From assembly GCA_934728255.1 (NCBI GenBank), contig CAKVEC010000005.1:8419-72418 (forward strand): a stretch of DNA of 64,000 nt, read 5' to 3'. A program made the translations under genes and the position numbers. The notes under the pieces are model-generated. The model was not told where the DNA came from. It saw only the letters and a list, made by a program, of their open reading frames with translations, and ran no database searches. Below, piece by piece: positions 1 through 9,782 of the stretch. The DNA comes from an uncultured Bacteroidales bacterium (GTDB lineage: Bacteria > Bacteroidota > Bacteroidia > Bacteroidales > Paludibacteraceae). The stretch's first letter is position 1; each line of letters starts with the position of its first letter.

Positions 1-737
1 CTGGTGAGTTTCCTGTAAACATTTTTGCTATTCCGTGGGGACATCATAAGGTTATCATCAGCAAGTTTGAGTCCGACCCTGAGCGTGCTTTGTTCTATGC
101 GACCAAGACGATTGAAAACAGTTGGTCGCGTGCTATGTTGCAGAATGCAATAGCATCGGATTTATATGCTACGTATGGTAAGGCAATCAATAATTTCCCG
201 CAGGCACTTCCTGAGCCGACGGGTGATTTGGCACGGGAACTAATCAAAGACCCTTTGAACCTGAGTTTTGTAGCACTACGGGAGAAATATAATGAGACGC
301 AACTAAAAGATGCCCTTATTGACCATATAGGAAAATTGCTTATGGAATTAGGACGGGGATTTGCCTATATGGGTAGAGAATATCTGCTTGAGATACCCGA
401 CAAAGAGCAAAGTGCGGATTTGCTATTCTATAATACAGTTTTGCATGCTTATGTGGTAGTAGAGGTTAAAATGACGGAGTTTGAGTCTGCCGATTTGGGG
501 CAGTTGAGCGGATATATGTCCACAGCCAACCATATACTCAAAACGGAGCAGGACAATCCTACAATAGGTATATTGATATGCCAAGAGAAGAACAATTTGT
601 TTGCCCAATACTGCTTGGAGGGATATAATCAACCTATTGCAATTACAGCGTACAAGGGAGTAAAAATTCTTCCTGAAAATTTCAATCAGGCTTTGCCTTC
701 TGTAGCGGAATTGGAACAAGAGATAAACAAAGACTAA
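1..737 (+). CDS. YhcG/DUF1016-like PDDEXK nuclease family protein, 5' end cut by window edge
   Basis: The frame is open from nt 3 (GEFPVNIFAIPWGHHKVII...) into listed ORF 90..737, whose listed start is a TTG. The C-terminal 'DLLFYNTVLHAYVVVEVK' resembles a PD-(D/E)xK core as remembered for DUF1016. Confidence 0.6.
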   Translation, partial: GEFPVNIFAIPWGHHKVIISKFESDPERALFYATKTIENSWSRAMLQNAIASDLYATYGKAINNFPQALPEPTGDLARELIKDPLNLSFVALREKYNETQLKDALIDHIGKLLMELGRGFAYMGREYLLEIPDKEQSADLLFYNTVLHAYVVVEVKMTEFESADLGQLSGYMSTANHILKTEQDNPTIGILICQEKNNLFAQYCLEGYNQPIAITAYKGVKILPENFNQALPSVAELEQEINKD

Positions 738-846
738 TCTCCATGCCTTGGGAGACTAAATAATAGGCAACATCCTCTCACGTAAGGATTCATACGAACC
801 CCCGATGTAAAACCGTGAGTAGTCGCAGCGGCGACTGACATATCAA

Positions 847-1117
847 ATAAAAGGCGTTTATTGACGCTCTGTTCTGACCTTATGAAACTTCGCAACTTTC
901 ACTATTGTTGTTCAGAACTCTGCAACGATGAATGCTCATAGGAATATATGCATATTCTTATGCCGTGTGCTATAGCCAATACTATTGGGTATGGCATGTT
1001 GGGTATATGGTGTATTGCAGTATTCGGTGTGGGCTTCGCGTTGTCGGTTCAAACAACAAAGGCAATGCGAAGGCCTCATAAGGTGGAACCGGCAATCGTC
1101 GAGTCCACGCTTTTTTT
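847..1117 (+). ncRNA. Candidate structured ncRNA, unknown family, copy A; ends in an intrinsic terminator
   Basis: Homologous to 20961..21282. Shared 5' block 'ataaaaggcgtttattg(a)cgctctgttctgac', hairpin 'ggaatat..atattc', and 3' block 'gtgggcttcgcgttgtcggttc...ggcaatgcga.agcctca...gtggaac...tccacg' followed by a T-run at 1111-1117. Indels between the copies break any common reading frame. Confidence 0.4.
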
Positions 1118-1175
1118 ATGTTCTCACTCTCTAAAAACGAGTGTAACAAACGAGACAACAACATAAAAAACAAAT

Positions 1176-3047
1176 ATGAGCAATATCATCAAATCTCTTC
1201 GCCGTTGGCTTCAGCAAGGCAACCGTCTCACATGGGCAGTTTTCTGCCTGTTTACACTATTGTTATTTGCCAAACAACTTATCTTTCACTGGGATGCTTT
1301 CCATTCCCTGCTCATCAGTTCGCTATGGAGAAACCCTATCGCCTTCTACAAGTTCTATATGTCTAAGTTGCTGATGCCGCTGTTTATTGCCAGTTTTGTC
1401 TTTATCTCGCGGCATCGTTGGTGGACGGTTCTTGTATCTTTCCTCACGGACATCTGGTGTATGGCAAATCTCATCTACTATAAGACGTATGACTCGTTCC
1501 TGTCCGTAAATGACATGCTGTTAGTGGGCAACTTGAATGGTGCGTGGGATTCTGTAACCGCTTACTTTGACATCAGTATGGTGTTGCTTCTCCTTCTCAG
1601 TATAGTATGGACTATCATATATATTCTTATGCCAAAGGTTCAACCAAAGAGACTATGGGGTGCATTTAGCCTTACGCTCTTGTTGCTTTATGGTCTTGCT
1701 GTCTTGAACAATTACTTCACCTATAACGCTCGATTCTGGGCAAGTACCAACCCGCAAGAAGCAGTACAAATTGCAGAAGAGACAGAAGAATGGGCAACTT
1801 TTGTCAAGACACACGGAGGACAAGTAAGGCGGACTGAAGAATGGATGGGATACCTCCCTTTCTACAATCTCTACGATGCCGCCTGTGATAATACCTCGGT
1901 AGGTATCGGACCAATGGTACATTACGTCCAAGAGCAATCCATACTCTCTGACTTTGTGGCAGTTAACGTGTACCAAATCTTCAAGCAGGACATGACAGGA
2001 GACATTAGAACGCTGACTGAAGAAGAGCGGAATCTTGTCGCTCCGTTTGTTTATTCGGACTCAACGCAACTCCGCCCGACAAATAACCTCATCATTATCT
2101 TGGTGGAGAGTTTGGAGGATTGGCCCCTGCATCACGAGATTGAAAGGCAACAGGTCGCCCCGTATCTGATGCAACTGAAAGAGCATAATCACGTCCTATA
2201 TTGCAAAAAGATAAAGAGCCAAGCCCTTGGCGGCAATTCGGGAGACGGACAGATGATTATAAACACTGGTTTATTGCCCATCCATGATGGCGTTGCCTGT
2301 ATGCACTATGGAAATAACTTATATCCTAATTTTGCGCATTTCTATTCCACCTCCGCCTTGGTGAATCCATGGCCGCAGATATGGAATCAAGATACCATGA
2401 GTGTTCGGTACGCCTACACACAAAAGATAGAACCGCAAAACACGCAATGGGAGGACAAACAGGTATTGGAACATGCTTTGAACAGCCTGCAAGGGAACAA
2501 ACCACCGATGTGCCTGCTTGCTATCACGGTTTCTATGCATTGTCCTTTCAATCGGGTGAGAAACAACAAGATTCACATGACTGCTCCCGCTATTTTGGAT
2601 AGATACATGCAATGTCTCAACTACACAGATTCGTGTATTGGTGCCTTTATGGACGCTGTATTGCAAGACTCTGTATTGTCGCAATCCACTATTGTAATCA
2701 CGGGTGACCATACCATATTCAAGCCTGCTATGCTGACCGAGTTTCACGATTATGCAGTGGAGCAGAACCTGCCCATTGCCTCTGGCGATAACTATTGCCC
2801 GCTTATCATCTATTCTCCCGAAATCAATGGCAATATCCACATTACGGACGAGTGTTATCAGATGGATATTTTCCCGACCATTCTGCATCTCATCGGGTGT
2901 GAGAACTACTATTGGCACGGATTGGGTGTAAACCTCTTGGACGCAGAAGCCCGTCACCACCGCACCCTTTCCGAACAGGAAGCCTATCGCCTCTCCGATA
3001 TGTTAATCCGTAGTGACTATTTCCGTCAATATATGGTAAGTAAATAG
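1176..3047 (+). CDS. LTA synthase / sulfatase-like (alkaline phosphatase superfamily) membrane protein
   Basis: 623-aa ORF with a hydrophobic multi-pass N-terminus followed by 'LIIILVESLEDW', 'GGNSGDGQMIINTGLLP' and 'IVITGDHT', motifs typical of the sulfatase/LtaS fold. Confidence 0.75.
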   Translation: MSNIIKSLRRWLQQGNRLTWAVFCLFTLLLFAKQLIFHWDAFHSLLISSLWRNPIAFYKFYMSKLLMPLFIASFVFISRHRWWTVLVSFLTDIWCMANLIYYKTYDSFLSVNDMLLVGNLNGAWDSVTAYFDISMVLLLLLSIVWTIIYILMPKVQPKRLWGAFSLTLLLLYGLAVLNNYFTYNARFWASTNPQEAVQIAEETEEWATFVKTHGGQVRRTEEWMGYLPFYNLYDAACDNTSVGIGPMVHYVQEQSILSDFVAVNVYQIFKQDMTGDIRTLTEEERNLVAPFVYSDSTQLRPTNNLIIILVESLEDWPLHHEIERQQVAPYLMQLKEHNHVLYCKKIKSQALGGNSGDGQMIINTGLLPIHDGVACMHYGNNLYPNFAHFYSTSALVNPWPQIWNQDTMSVRYAYTQKIEPQNTQWEDKQVLEHALNSLQGNKPPMCLLAITVSMHCPFNRVRNNKIHMTAPAILDRYMQCLNYTDSCIGAFMDAVLQDSVLSQSTIVITGDHTIFKPAMLTEFHDYAVEQNLPIASGDNYCPLIIYSPEINGNIHITDECYQMDIFPTILHLIGCENYYWHGLGVNLLDAEARHHRTLSEQEAYRLSDMLIRSDYFRQYMVSK

Positions 3048-3105
3048 CATTTACAATACGTAACCATTGAAGTGCATTTTATTTGCATATATTGTAGAAA
3101 AGTGC

Positions 3106-3113
3106 TACCTTTG
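3106..3113 (+). promoter_or_regulatory. Bacteroidota -7 promoter motif TAnnTTTG ('tacctttg')
   Basis: Exact match to the TAnnTTTG consensus, 24 nt upstream of the ATG at 3137. Confidence 0.45.
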
Positions 3114-3136
3114 TGAGCAAATAAGTGTGTTAATGT

Positions 3137-4081
3137 ATGGCTGAGACAATTATAGAGACAGACAAGCAGCGGGAGCAGAGGATTTATCGGGTGACCATAT
3201 TCGGCAGCGTGGTGAATATGGCGCTGCTGGTATTCAAGTTCCTGGCAGGAGTGCTGGGACATTCGGCGGCAATGATTGCCGATGCGGTACATTCGCTCAG
3301 CGATTTTCTCACAGACATCGTAGTGCTGGTTTTTATAAAAATCAGCAACCGCCCTGCCGACCACGACCATGACTACGGGCATGGCAAGTACGAGACGTTG
3401 GCTACCTTTTGTATCGGCTTGGCATTGTTGGCTGTAGGCGGAATGATAGCCGCAAACGGAGTGGAGAAGATACTGCGTGTGGTGCATGGGGAGCAGTTGC
3501 CTGAGCCCGGTTGGATTGCTTTCTGGGCAGCGTTGGTGAGTATCGTACTCAAAGAAATTACCTATCAAGTTACTGTGCGTGTAGGCAAGCAAGTTCATTC
3601 GGATGCCGTGGTGGCGAATGCATGGCATCACCGTTCGGATGCGTTCTCGTCTATCGGTACGGCACTCGGTATCGGCGGGGCTATCCTCTTGGGGCAGAAA
3701 TGGACTATTCTTGACCCGATAGCCGCACTGATAGTCAGTATCTTAATCATCGTAACGGCGGCTAAATTAGTGTATAGCGCAATGGGGGAGTTCTTGGAGA
3801 AAAGCCTGCCTGATGAAGTGGAAAAACAAATTGTGGATATTGTGAGCGAAGATAAGGTTATGACCGAACTGCACCATCTTCGCACTCGCAGTGTAGGCAA
3901 CCATTATGCCATAGAGATGCACCTGCGTATGCCCGGCGATACACCGCTATATGTAGCACATCAACATGCTACCAATATCGAACGCCGTCTGAAAGAACAG
4001 TTCGGCGAACAAACACACGTGGGCATCCATATCGAACCGACCAAAGAAAATGGTGTCTATACCGCCCCAATAGAGCAATAG
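3137..4081 (+). CDS. Cation diffusion facilitator (CDF) family transporter
   Basis: 314 aa. 'HSLSDFLTD' and 'HHRSDAFSS' are the metal-site motifs in the TM helices, followed by a C-terminal cytoplasmic domain. Confidence 0.85.
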   Translation: MAETIIETDKQREQRIYRVTIFGSVVNMALLVFKFLAGVLGHSAAMIADAVHSLSDFLTDIVVLVFIKISNRPADHDHDYGHGKYETLATFCIGLALLAVGGMIAANGVEKILRVVHGEQLPEPGWIAFWAALVSIVLKEITYQVTVRVGKQVHSDAVVANAWHHRSDAFSSIGTALGIGGAILLGQKWTILDPIAALIVSILIIVTAAKLVYSAMGEFLEKSLPDEVEKQIVDIVSEDKVMTELHHLRTRSVGNHYAIEMHLRMPGDTPLYVAHQHATNIERRLKEQFGEQTHVGIHIEPTKENGVYTAPIEQ

Positions 4082-4148
4082 GGTACGAAAAAGATATACA
4101 ATCTTGACTATCTTTAGGGTGGCTTATTCTCCCACTAAACCCCAATTC

Positions 4149-4192
4149 TTTCTACGTCTTTTCTACGTCCTTTCTACGTCTTTTCTACGTAA
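4149..4192. repeat. Four tandem 11-bp units tttctacgtcN (reverse of TACGTAGAAAG family)
   Basis: Read directly as tttctacgtct/tttctacgtcc/tttctacgtct/tttctacgtaa. The last unit contains the folK stop codon on the minus strand. Confidence 0.85.
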
Positions 4193-4649
4193 TTGGTAAA
4201 GGCAGAATCTCTATCAGCGGCACTATAACAAAAGTGCGCAGATGCATAAGCGGGTGGGGGAGAATAAGGTCGGGTGTTTGGACAGAAAGGGAGTGTCCAT
4301 CAGGAGTGATATAGAGCAGTAGATCGATGTCTATAAGGCGATCCTGATAGTGTCCGTGCTGTGATTTGTGAGTGCGCCCGAGGGTGCACTCTATTTGTTG
4401 TGTAGTGTGAAGAATATCTATGGGAGAAAGGTCAGTGGCGTATGAGGCGCAGAGATTACAGAATGTGTGCTCAGAGCAGAACCCCCATGGCTCGGAATAG
4501 AAGAAAGTAGACCGGCGGACAGGCAGTCCGATATGTTGCCCAAGCAGTTGCAACGCATTCTTGATGTTCTGCTCACGGTTCCCGAGATTGCTGCCAAGAG
4601 AGAAATATACAACGGCAGTCCCGTTTTCTATAGGATTAGATGTGTGCAA
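4185..4649 (-). CDS. folK: 2-amino-4-hydroxy-6-hydroxymethyldihydropteridine diphosphokinase (HPPK)
   Basis: 154 aa with 'VYFSLGSNLGNREQNI', 'EPWG', 'RLIDIDLL' and 'LILPHP', the layout typical of HPPK. Confidence 0.85.
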   Translation of the reverse strand: MHTSNPIENGTAVVYFSLGSNLGNREQNIKNALQLLGQHIGLPVRRSTFFYSEPWGFCSEHTFCNLCASYATDLSPIDILHTTQQIECTLGRTHKSQHGHYQDRLIDIDLLLYITPDGHSLSVQTPDLILPHPLMHLRTFVIVPLIEILPLPIT

Positions 4650-4656
4650 TGCGTTT

Positions 4657-5157
4657 TTACGGATTGTTGGCAGTGGCTTCGGTTACCACATTGAGCAGAT
4701 GATCGGACGCGTCCACAAACGGACGATAGAGAACGGAAGTCTTCACGATTTCCGCCTTGCTGAAACAGCCGAATTGGCGGTCGATTCGGTCGGCAAGGAA
4801 TACTATAATCAAGACTACCAATGCCCATTTGGCGACACCGAATAACCCGCCGCCGAGACGGTTGAGAAAACCGAGATGGATAGCGCGCAGCAGTTTGGAG
4901 AGCAAGCGCCCGAGGATATTCAGCACAATCGCAATCCCCAAGAATAACAGCGCATAGGCAATCACATCGCATACACCCGCAGGCCATTCGGTTTGCAGCA
5001 ATATCCATGCAGAGAACCGTGCGCCCCACAGACGTGCGCCAACCACACCGAACACAACCGCCAGTATGGCAATGAGTTCGGTGATCAGCCCGCGCATCAG
5101 TCCTCGGACGAGTCCGATAAGCAGCGGCAGAAGGAGCAGGGCATCAAGCCAATTCAT
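4657..5157 (-). CDS. cvpA: CvpA family membrane protein
   Basis: 'MNWLDALLLLPLLIGLVRGLMRGLITE' is a typical CvpA N-terminus. I place the start at the internal ATG at 5155-5157 rather than the ORF-track start at 5217. Confidence 0.7.
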   Translation of the reverse strand: MNWLDALLLLPLLIGLVRGLMRGLITELIAILAVVFGVVGARLWGARFSAWILLQTEWPAGVCDVIAYALLFLGIAIVLNILGRLLSKLLRAIHLGFLNRLGGGLFGVAKWALVVLIIVFLADRIDRQFGCFSKAEIVKTSVLYRPFVDASDHLLNVVTEATANNP

Positions 5158-5257
5158 TTCGTTGAAACAAAGAATAAAGGACAATGAACAAAGAATTAAA
5201 AGCGGGACAAAAGTCAATGCTTGTTTGGGTATTGATCTTTGTCCCGCTTTTTTCGTT

Positions 5258-6451
5258 TTACTCAGCAGGAGTGGTCTCTTCTTTTGGAGCAGTGTACTCT
5301 TGCGGTATCCACTCTTCGCCCGTCTCCGTATTGAACATCACGATGTCGTTCAGCGGGCTGCTGTTGCCGATGTTGATATTGCGCGGGGTGATAGACCAAT
5401 CGTATTTGTCGTGTGCATAGCGTGCATTGTCTCGGAACTGACCGAGGATACCGGTAATAGTCCCCTTATACTTGGTGCAGTTGGCAATACCTGTAGAGTC
5501 GGCACCTGGCAGATAGAAATGCGAGAATTTGCTATATTCCGAACTGCCGACGAGTGTCTCGTTGGTGCCATCGGAGATGATACGGCTCTGCGGGAAACCT
5601 ACATTGTTGGTGGTCGGTGCAAAGACATTGGCATAACTATCTGTTTCGGGATTACCCGTTGTGCAGTCGGTCAGCGTACCATTATACTCGTATTTGCCCG
5701 TAAACCATACGTTTTTGAGGACAACCAAGCGTCCGTCCATCGTACGCATCTCTTTCTCGTCGTTGAGGTTGATAAAGTCGGCAATGGTGATGGTGTCGTA
5801 TTGCAGTTTTGATTGGTCGGGTACACCAATCAGTGTTACAGCATTGCGGAAGATACCATTTGGAATACGTCCGGGAGCCCAACCTACCTTTTGTGTCGCA
5901 TTCTGCGCATAGATATTGTTGTTGTATGCGGGTATGCAGAGTTGCGGTTGGTCGCCATAACGCCCGATGCACAGCCCGTTGCAACGGATAAGTATCTCCT
6001 GTCCGAGTTGGTACATACCTCCTACCGAACCGAGATCCACCGACACACGCAGGTTCTGTTGTACACCGTCAATCACCTGTTGGATAACCAGAGATTTATA
6101 AAAATTTCCTCCGTAGTCATCGGTGGTAACCCGTCCGCGGATGTAGATACCCGCACCATTTGTAGGCAGGGTATCCAGCGAGAATAGGTAGATTCCGTCG
6201 CCGCTTGTGGCACGGGTGCGGTATTGCGATGTATCGCTCCAGAAATTACCCTGTTCGGTCATATAGGTGTCCACAAACTCATTGAGCGTATAGAGATGAT
6301 ATTCTGTTTCACGCTGCTGAATGAGACTATCTATGTTGCCGTTCTTTTGAAACACATCGTCCTCGGTGAGGGCACGCGGTTCGCAAGAGGTGAACAGGGC
6401 GGTTGCCGTAGCGGCAAACAGAGCGGCTATATAATAGATTTTACGTTGCAT
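5258..6451 (-). CDS. Lipoprotein partnered with the upstream TonB-dependent receptor (possibly DUF5689-like)
   Basis: Signal peptide plus lipobox 'ALFTSC'. It lies directly downstream of the receptor gene. The family name is from memory only. Confidence 0.5.
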   Translation of the reverse strand: MQRKIYYIAALFAATATALFTSCEPRALTEDDVFQKNGNIDSLIQQRETEYHLYTLNEFVDTYMTEQGNFWSDTSQYRTRATSGDGIYLFSLDTLPTNGAGIYIRGRVTTDDYGGNFYKSLVIQQVIDGVQQNLRVSVDLGSVGGMYQLGQEILIRCNGLCIGRYGDQPQLCIPAYNNNIYAQNATQKVGWAPGRIPNGIFRNAVTLIGVPDQSKLQYDTITIADFINLNDEKEMRTMDGRLVVLKNVWFTGKYEYNGTLTDCTTGNPETDSYANVFAPTTNNVGFPQSRIISDGTNETLVGSSEYSKFSHFYLPGADSTGIANCTKYKGTITGILGQFRDNARYAHDKYDWSITPRNINIGNSSPLNDIVMFNTETGEEWIPQEYTAPKEETTPAE

Positions 6452-6456
6452 ACTGA

Positions 6457-9400
6457 TTAGAATTTATAGGTTACACTCAAGAAGAAGTTCATACCCCATG
6501 CGTAGTAGTACTTGCTCGGGAATTTCCATGCATTGGGCGAGATAACCGAGTTCTCGTTGTCGCCCACACCCTGGCGCGTGTAGCGCGGCAGACGTGCTTG
6601 TTGGTAGCCGCCGGTCTTGAAGTGGGTGTTGTTCGTCAGGTTTGTTAACGTCAGGTTGATTGACAACGACTGACGGTTCTTCAGATAGATCAACTTGCCT
6701 ACGCTGGCATCAACGATGAAACGGTTGAGCGGGTTGGTGGCTGTCAACGACTCCTGCATCGAAAGGATGTTGTATGGATAGCGCAATACAGGAACGCCAT
6801 TCTTATCAAGCACGGCATTGGTCGGGAAATTGCCATCGCCCGTTATCATAGCGGCTTTGCCGTCGGTGGTCTCGATAGCATTTGCGTATGTGTCGCCATA
6901 CCAACCATTTACCGGCGTTCCGTCTGCACGTACACCCGTGTAAAGACCTTTCATACGGCGCGAAGGAGCCACGTCGAGGAAGTTCCAGTCGTAGTAACTA
7001 ACCGTTACATCAGCAAACCACATCTTCGGGTGGAAGAACGACAATTTGAGGCTGGCGTTCACTTGCGGACCGGTTGCCACACGAATACCTTTGAGCAGTA
7101 CCTCGTCTTGCAACTCGAAGACCGACTTGCCGTCTTTGTCCTCGGCGAGTGCCATACCGTTCTCGGCAGAGGTGATAGCCATGGCGTTGCTCGTATAGCG
7201 ATAGTCGCCCACGCTGGCAGCACCTGTCAGGGTGAAATACGTACCGAGTTTTACGGCAGCGGCAGCCTCAATACCCATATGACGGCGGTTGATGCCCGTC
7301 AGAGCCTGATTGACAAACGTACGCGCCTCGTCATCATAGTAGCCGTTCAGTTCGCTTCCGTCCCAGAACTGGGTGAAGAAACCCGTGATACGACCGCGCA
7401 CAATGGGGAAATTGAACTCGTAGGAGAGGTCGCCGCCCGCCACTTTCTCGCTGGCTGTGTAGAAGTCCTTGAGATTTGTTGCATGGTCGTGGGTGTAGAT
7501 AGTCTCAATAGCGCGGTCGTGAACACGCTGCGAGATGTAGGCGTTGCGTGCCAACGGAGCGCGTGTCTCTGCCAGAGCATTGATCTTCAGTTTGTTGCGC
7601 CCGTCAATCTTATAGGTGGCACCGAGTTTGAAAGCAGGGTCAATGAAATGGTGTGCCTGTCCCATATAGGTAGTGCCGGCATGGAGTGTACCTGCTTGCG
7701 CATTGGCGATGATCTCGTCGGCTTGTGTACCGAGGTAGTGGGAAGCGTATTGCGGATTGAGTTGCGAGAGATACCATGCACGACCATTAATCATATTGGT
7801 GGTACGTTGCATAGAAGAGTAGGTGAGTTGCAGGGCATAATAGAGATCCACTTCGTTGAATGTCCACTCGTTCTGCGCCCATAGTTTGGCAGTACCCATA
7901 TTGATACGGTAGTCATAACCGAAGCGGTCGCCATCGTGTTTCACATCGTTGTAGTCGGCAGCGATGTCGTTTTTCTTTACGTTGGCGATGTCGGTTTGCG
8001 ACAATCCTGCATTGGTTGCCAACTCCTTGATATCACGATCGGCAAAAGGATCCACATCAATCCATTGGTTACCGCCCAGCAGGTCGTCCACGGTCTTGTA
8101 GTGGATACCTTGCGAGAACTTGCCCTCCAAACCTGCGGTAATCTTGAGGTGGTCGAACTGCGTATTCACGTAGTTGATGTTCGCCATAGCCTCCTGGATA
8201 TTGTTGTGGCGGCGCTCCAACAGGTAGCGTGCCGACCCATTGGGGTTGTTGTAGTTGTTGGCGATGTTGGAAGCGTAGATGTTGTCCCAGTCAATTTGGG
8301 TGGTCTTGTTATCGCGGCTTTGCCATAGATCCACCAACGCATTGTATTGCTGTGCATTGATACTCGGACCGATGATGTTGCCGTCGTGTGCCACTTGCCC
8401 CATACCCATCTCGAGACCATTCATATCTGCGCCGATGAAATTACCATATTGGTAGTGCCCACCGCCGGGGCTGTAGAGTTGTTCCGAGTTGGAATCGGCA
8501 ATCTGTCCGTCCCAAAGGAACGAAGGCAGGTTGCGGTAGTAGTCCGGACGCGGGTCGGGTGCATTGTAAAATGTGAGTGCCGAGTTGCTGTAGAAACTAT
8601 AGTGATAGCCGATTGCAAACTTCATCTGGTTGTAGTCGTCTATCTTCAGGTCATAATTCAAGATGGCGGTCGGGTCATACGATTTGACAATGCGCGAGTT
8701 GCGCACTTTGCCGTCCTGGTAACCCCAGTATGGGTTGTAATTGTTATATCCCCACGAGGTCTTGTTATAGGCGTTGGTCAGGTCGTATACCTCTTGGGTA
8801 ACGGCCGCAGACTGCCCGCGCTCGGTAGGTGCACCGAAGGTTATGATAGACAATTTGTCGCCATTGTTGAATTTCTTTTCTGCCGAGAAGAAATAGCCCA
8901 GCGAGTAGTATTTGATACCTTCACCGATAATTCCTTTCTGATCTATATAAGGAGAGAAACGGAATGCCAATTGGCCGATAAACGACCAACCATTGGCGAG
9001 AGGACCGCTGGCGTAGGTGGCATTTACGCGGGCTTTGTAGTTGCGGTTGGTGCCGGCAACTCCCACTTTCCACCCTTGTGCATAGCGCGAAGCGTCCATC
9101 AGGTAGTTGGTCGATGTGCCGAGACCGCCGAAAGCGAAGTTGGTTGCCTCAATCGGGTTCAGCACCTCTTTGTTGCGGCTGGCATCGTTCAAACCGCCCA
9201 TCGACGAAAAATTGAACTGACCGCGTTCGGCAGAGTTGAAATTGATGCCGTTGATGTAGTTTTGCTCGTAGGTCTGGTCGTAACCGCGCTTGCGATAACG
9301 GGCTGTGGACCATGCAAATGATGTGGTTGAGTTGAATACATCGTTGCTTGCCGAGGAGGCCGATGCCTGTGCTTGCGACTTACCTTCATCATCGTTGAGG

Positions 9401-9756
9401 TCTTCGTCCGCAATGTTGAGGAGGATCTCCTCTTGTGCATCGCGTGCAAGATCACGTTGCAGGCGGACAGGCTCCATTTTTATTGTTTGATTTTCTTGCA
9501 GAAGCACTAATTCGATGGTGGCGATATAGCCGTCTGCCTCTATAATCACCTCTTCGTCCATCGGTTCCAAATAGAGTAGGGCAAACTCACCCGCTCCGTT
9601 GGTGGTGGTAGAAATGTTCTGGTTAGCCAAGGTAACCTTCGCACCGACGATAGGGCTGTTGCTTGCTTCATCGACAACGGTTCCTCGCAGTGATGTCTGT
9701 GCCATCATACTCGCGGAGAGCAAGAGGACAAACAACATAGAAAAGAGTTTTCTCAT
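6457..9756 (-). CDS. TonB-dependent receptor with N-terminal carboxypeptidase-regulatory-like domain
   Basis: 1099 aa. Signal peptide, then 'LRGTVVDEASNSPIVGAKVTL' (CarboxypepD_reg-like), a long beta-barrel rich in aromatic/Gly repeats, and a terminal '...SVTYKF' aromatic residue. Confidence 0.85.
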   Translation of the reverse strand: MRKLFSMLFVLLLSASMMAQTSLRGTVVDEASNSPIVGAKVTLANQNISTTTNGAGEFALLYLEPMDEEVIIEADGYIATIELVLLQENQTIKMEPVRLQRDLARDAQEEILLNIADEDLNDDEGKSQAQASASSASNDVFNSTTSFAWSTARYRKRGYDQTYEQNYINGINFNSAERGQFNFSSMGGLNDASRNKEVLNPIEATNFAFGGLGTSTNYLMDASRYAQGWKVGVAGTNRNYKARVNATYASGPLANGWSFIGQLAFRFSPYIDQKGIIGEGIKYYSLGYFFSAEKKFNNGDKLSIITFGAPTERGQSAAVTQEVYDLTNAYNKTSWGYNNYNPYWGYQDGKVRNSRIVKSYDPTAILNYDLKIDDYNQMKFAIGYHYSFYSNSALTFYNAPDPRPDYYRNLPSFLWDGQIADSNSEQLYSPGGGHYQYGNFIGADMNGLEMGMGQVAHDGNIIGPSINAQQYNALVDLWQSRDNKTTQIDWDNIYASNIANNYNNPNGSARYLLERRHNNIQEAMANINYVNTQFDHLKITAGLEGKFSQGIHYKTVDDLLGGNQWIDVDPFADRDIKELATNAGLSQTDIANVKKNDIAADYNDVKHDGDRFGYDYRINMGTAKLWAQNEWTFNEVDLYYALQLTYSSMQRTTNMINGRAWYLSQLNPQYASHYLGTQADEIIANAQAGTLHAGTTYMGQAHHFIDPAFKLGATYKIDGRNKLKINALAETRAPLARNAYISQRVHDRAIETIYTHDHATNLKDFYTASEKVAGGDLSYEFNFPIVRGRITGFFTQFWDGSELNGYYDDEARTFVNQALTGINRRHMGIEAAAAVKLGTYFTLTGAASVGDYRYTSNAMAITSAENGMALAEDKDGKSVFELQDEVLLKGIRVATGPQVNASLKLSFFHPKMWFADVTVSYYDWNFLDVAPSRRMKGLYTGVRADGTPVNGWYGDTYANAIETTDGKAAMITGDGNFPTNAVLDKNGVPVLRYPYNILSMQESLTATNPLNRFIVDASVGKLIYLKNRQSLSINLTLTNLTNNTHFKTGGYQQARLPRYTRQGVGDNENSVISPNAWKFPSKYYYAWGMNFFLSVTYKF

Positions 9757-9782
9757 AAACAGTTGTTTTTGTGTGTATTAGA

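Noticed and set aside
948-1166. A 72-aa ORF with a hydrophobic stretch inside ncRNA-like copy A, and the 116-aa ORF 20995..21345 inside copy B. I considered a small membrane toxin.
   Set aside because: The nucleotide blocks conserved between the two copies fall in different reading frames because of indels. The conservation is therefore at the RNA/DNA level, not the protein level.
5066-5812. A 248-aa plus-strand ORF spanning the cvpA 5' end and the lipoprotein gene 3' end.
   Set aside because: It is antisense to two well-supported minus-strand genes and has no motifs.
7030-9321. Long plus-strand ORFs (284, 130 and 324 aa) inside the TonB-dependent receptor gene.
   Set aside because: They are antisense shadows of a 1099-aa minus-strand gene that has clear receptor features. 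Their translations are low-complexity (Val/Gly/Arg-rich) and carry no motifs.
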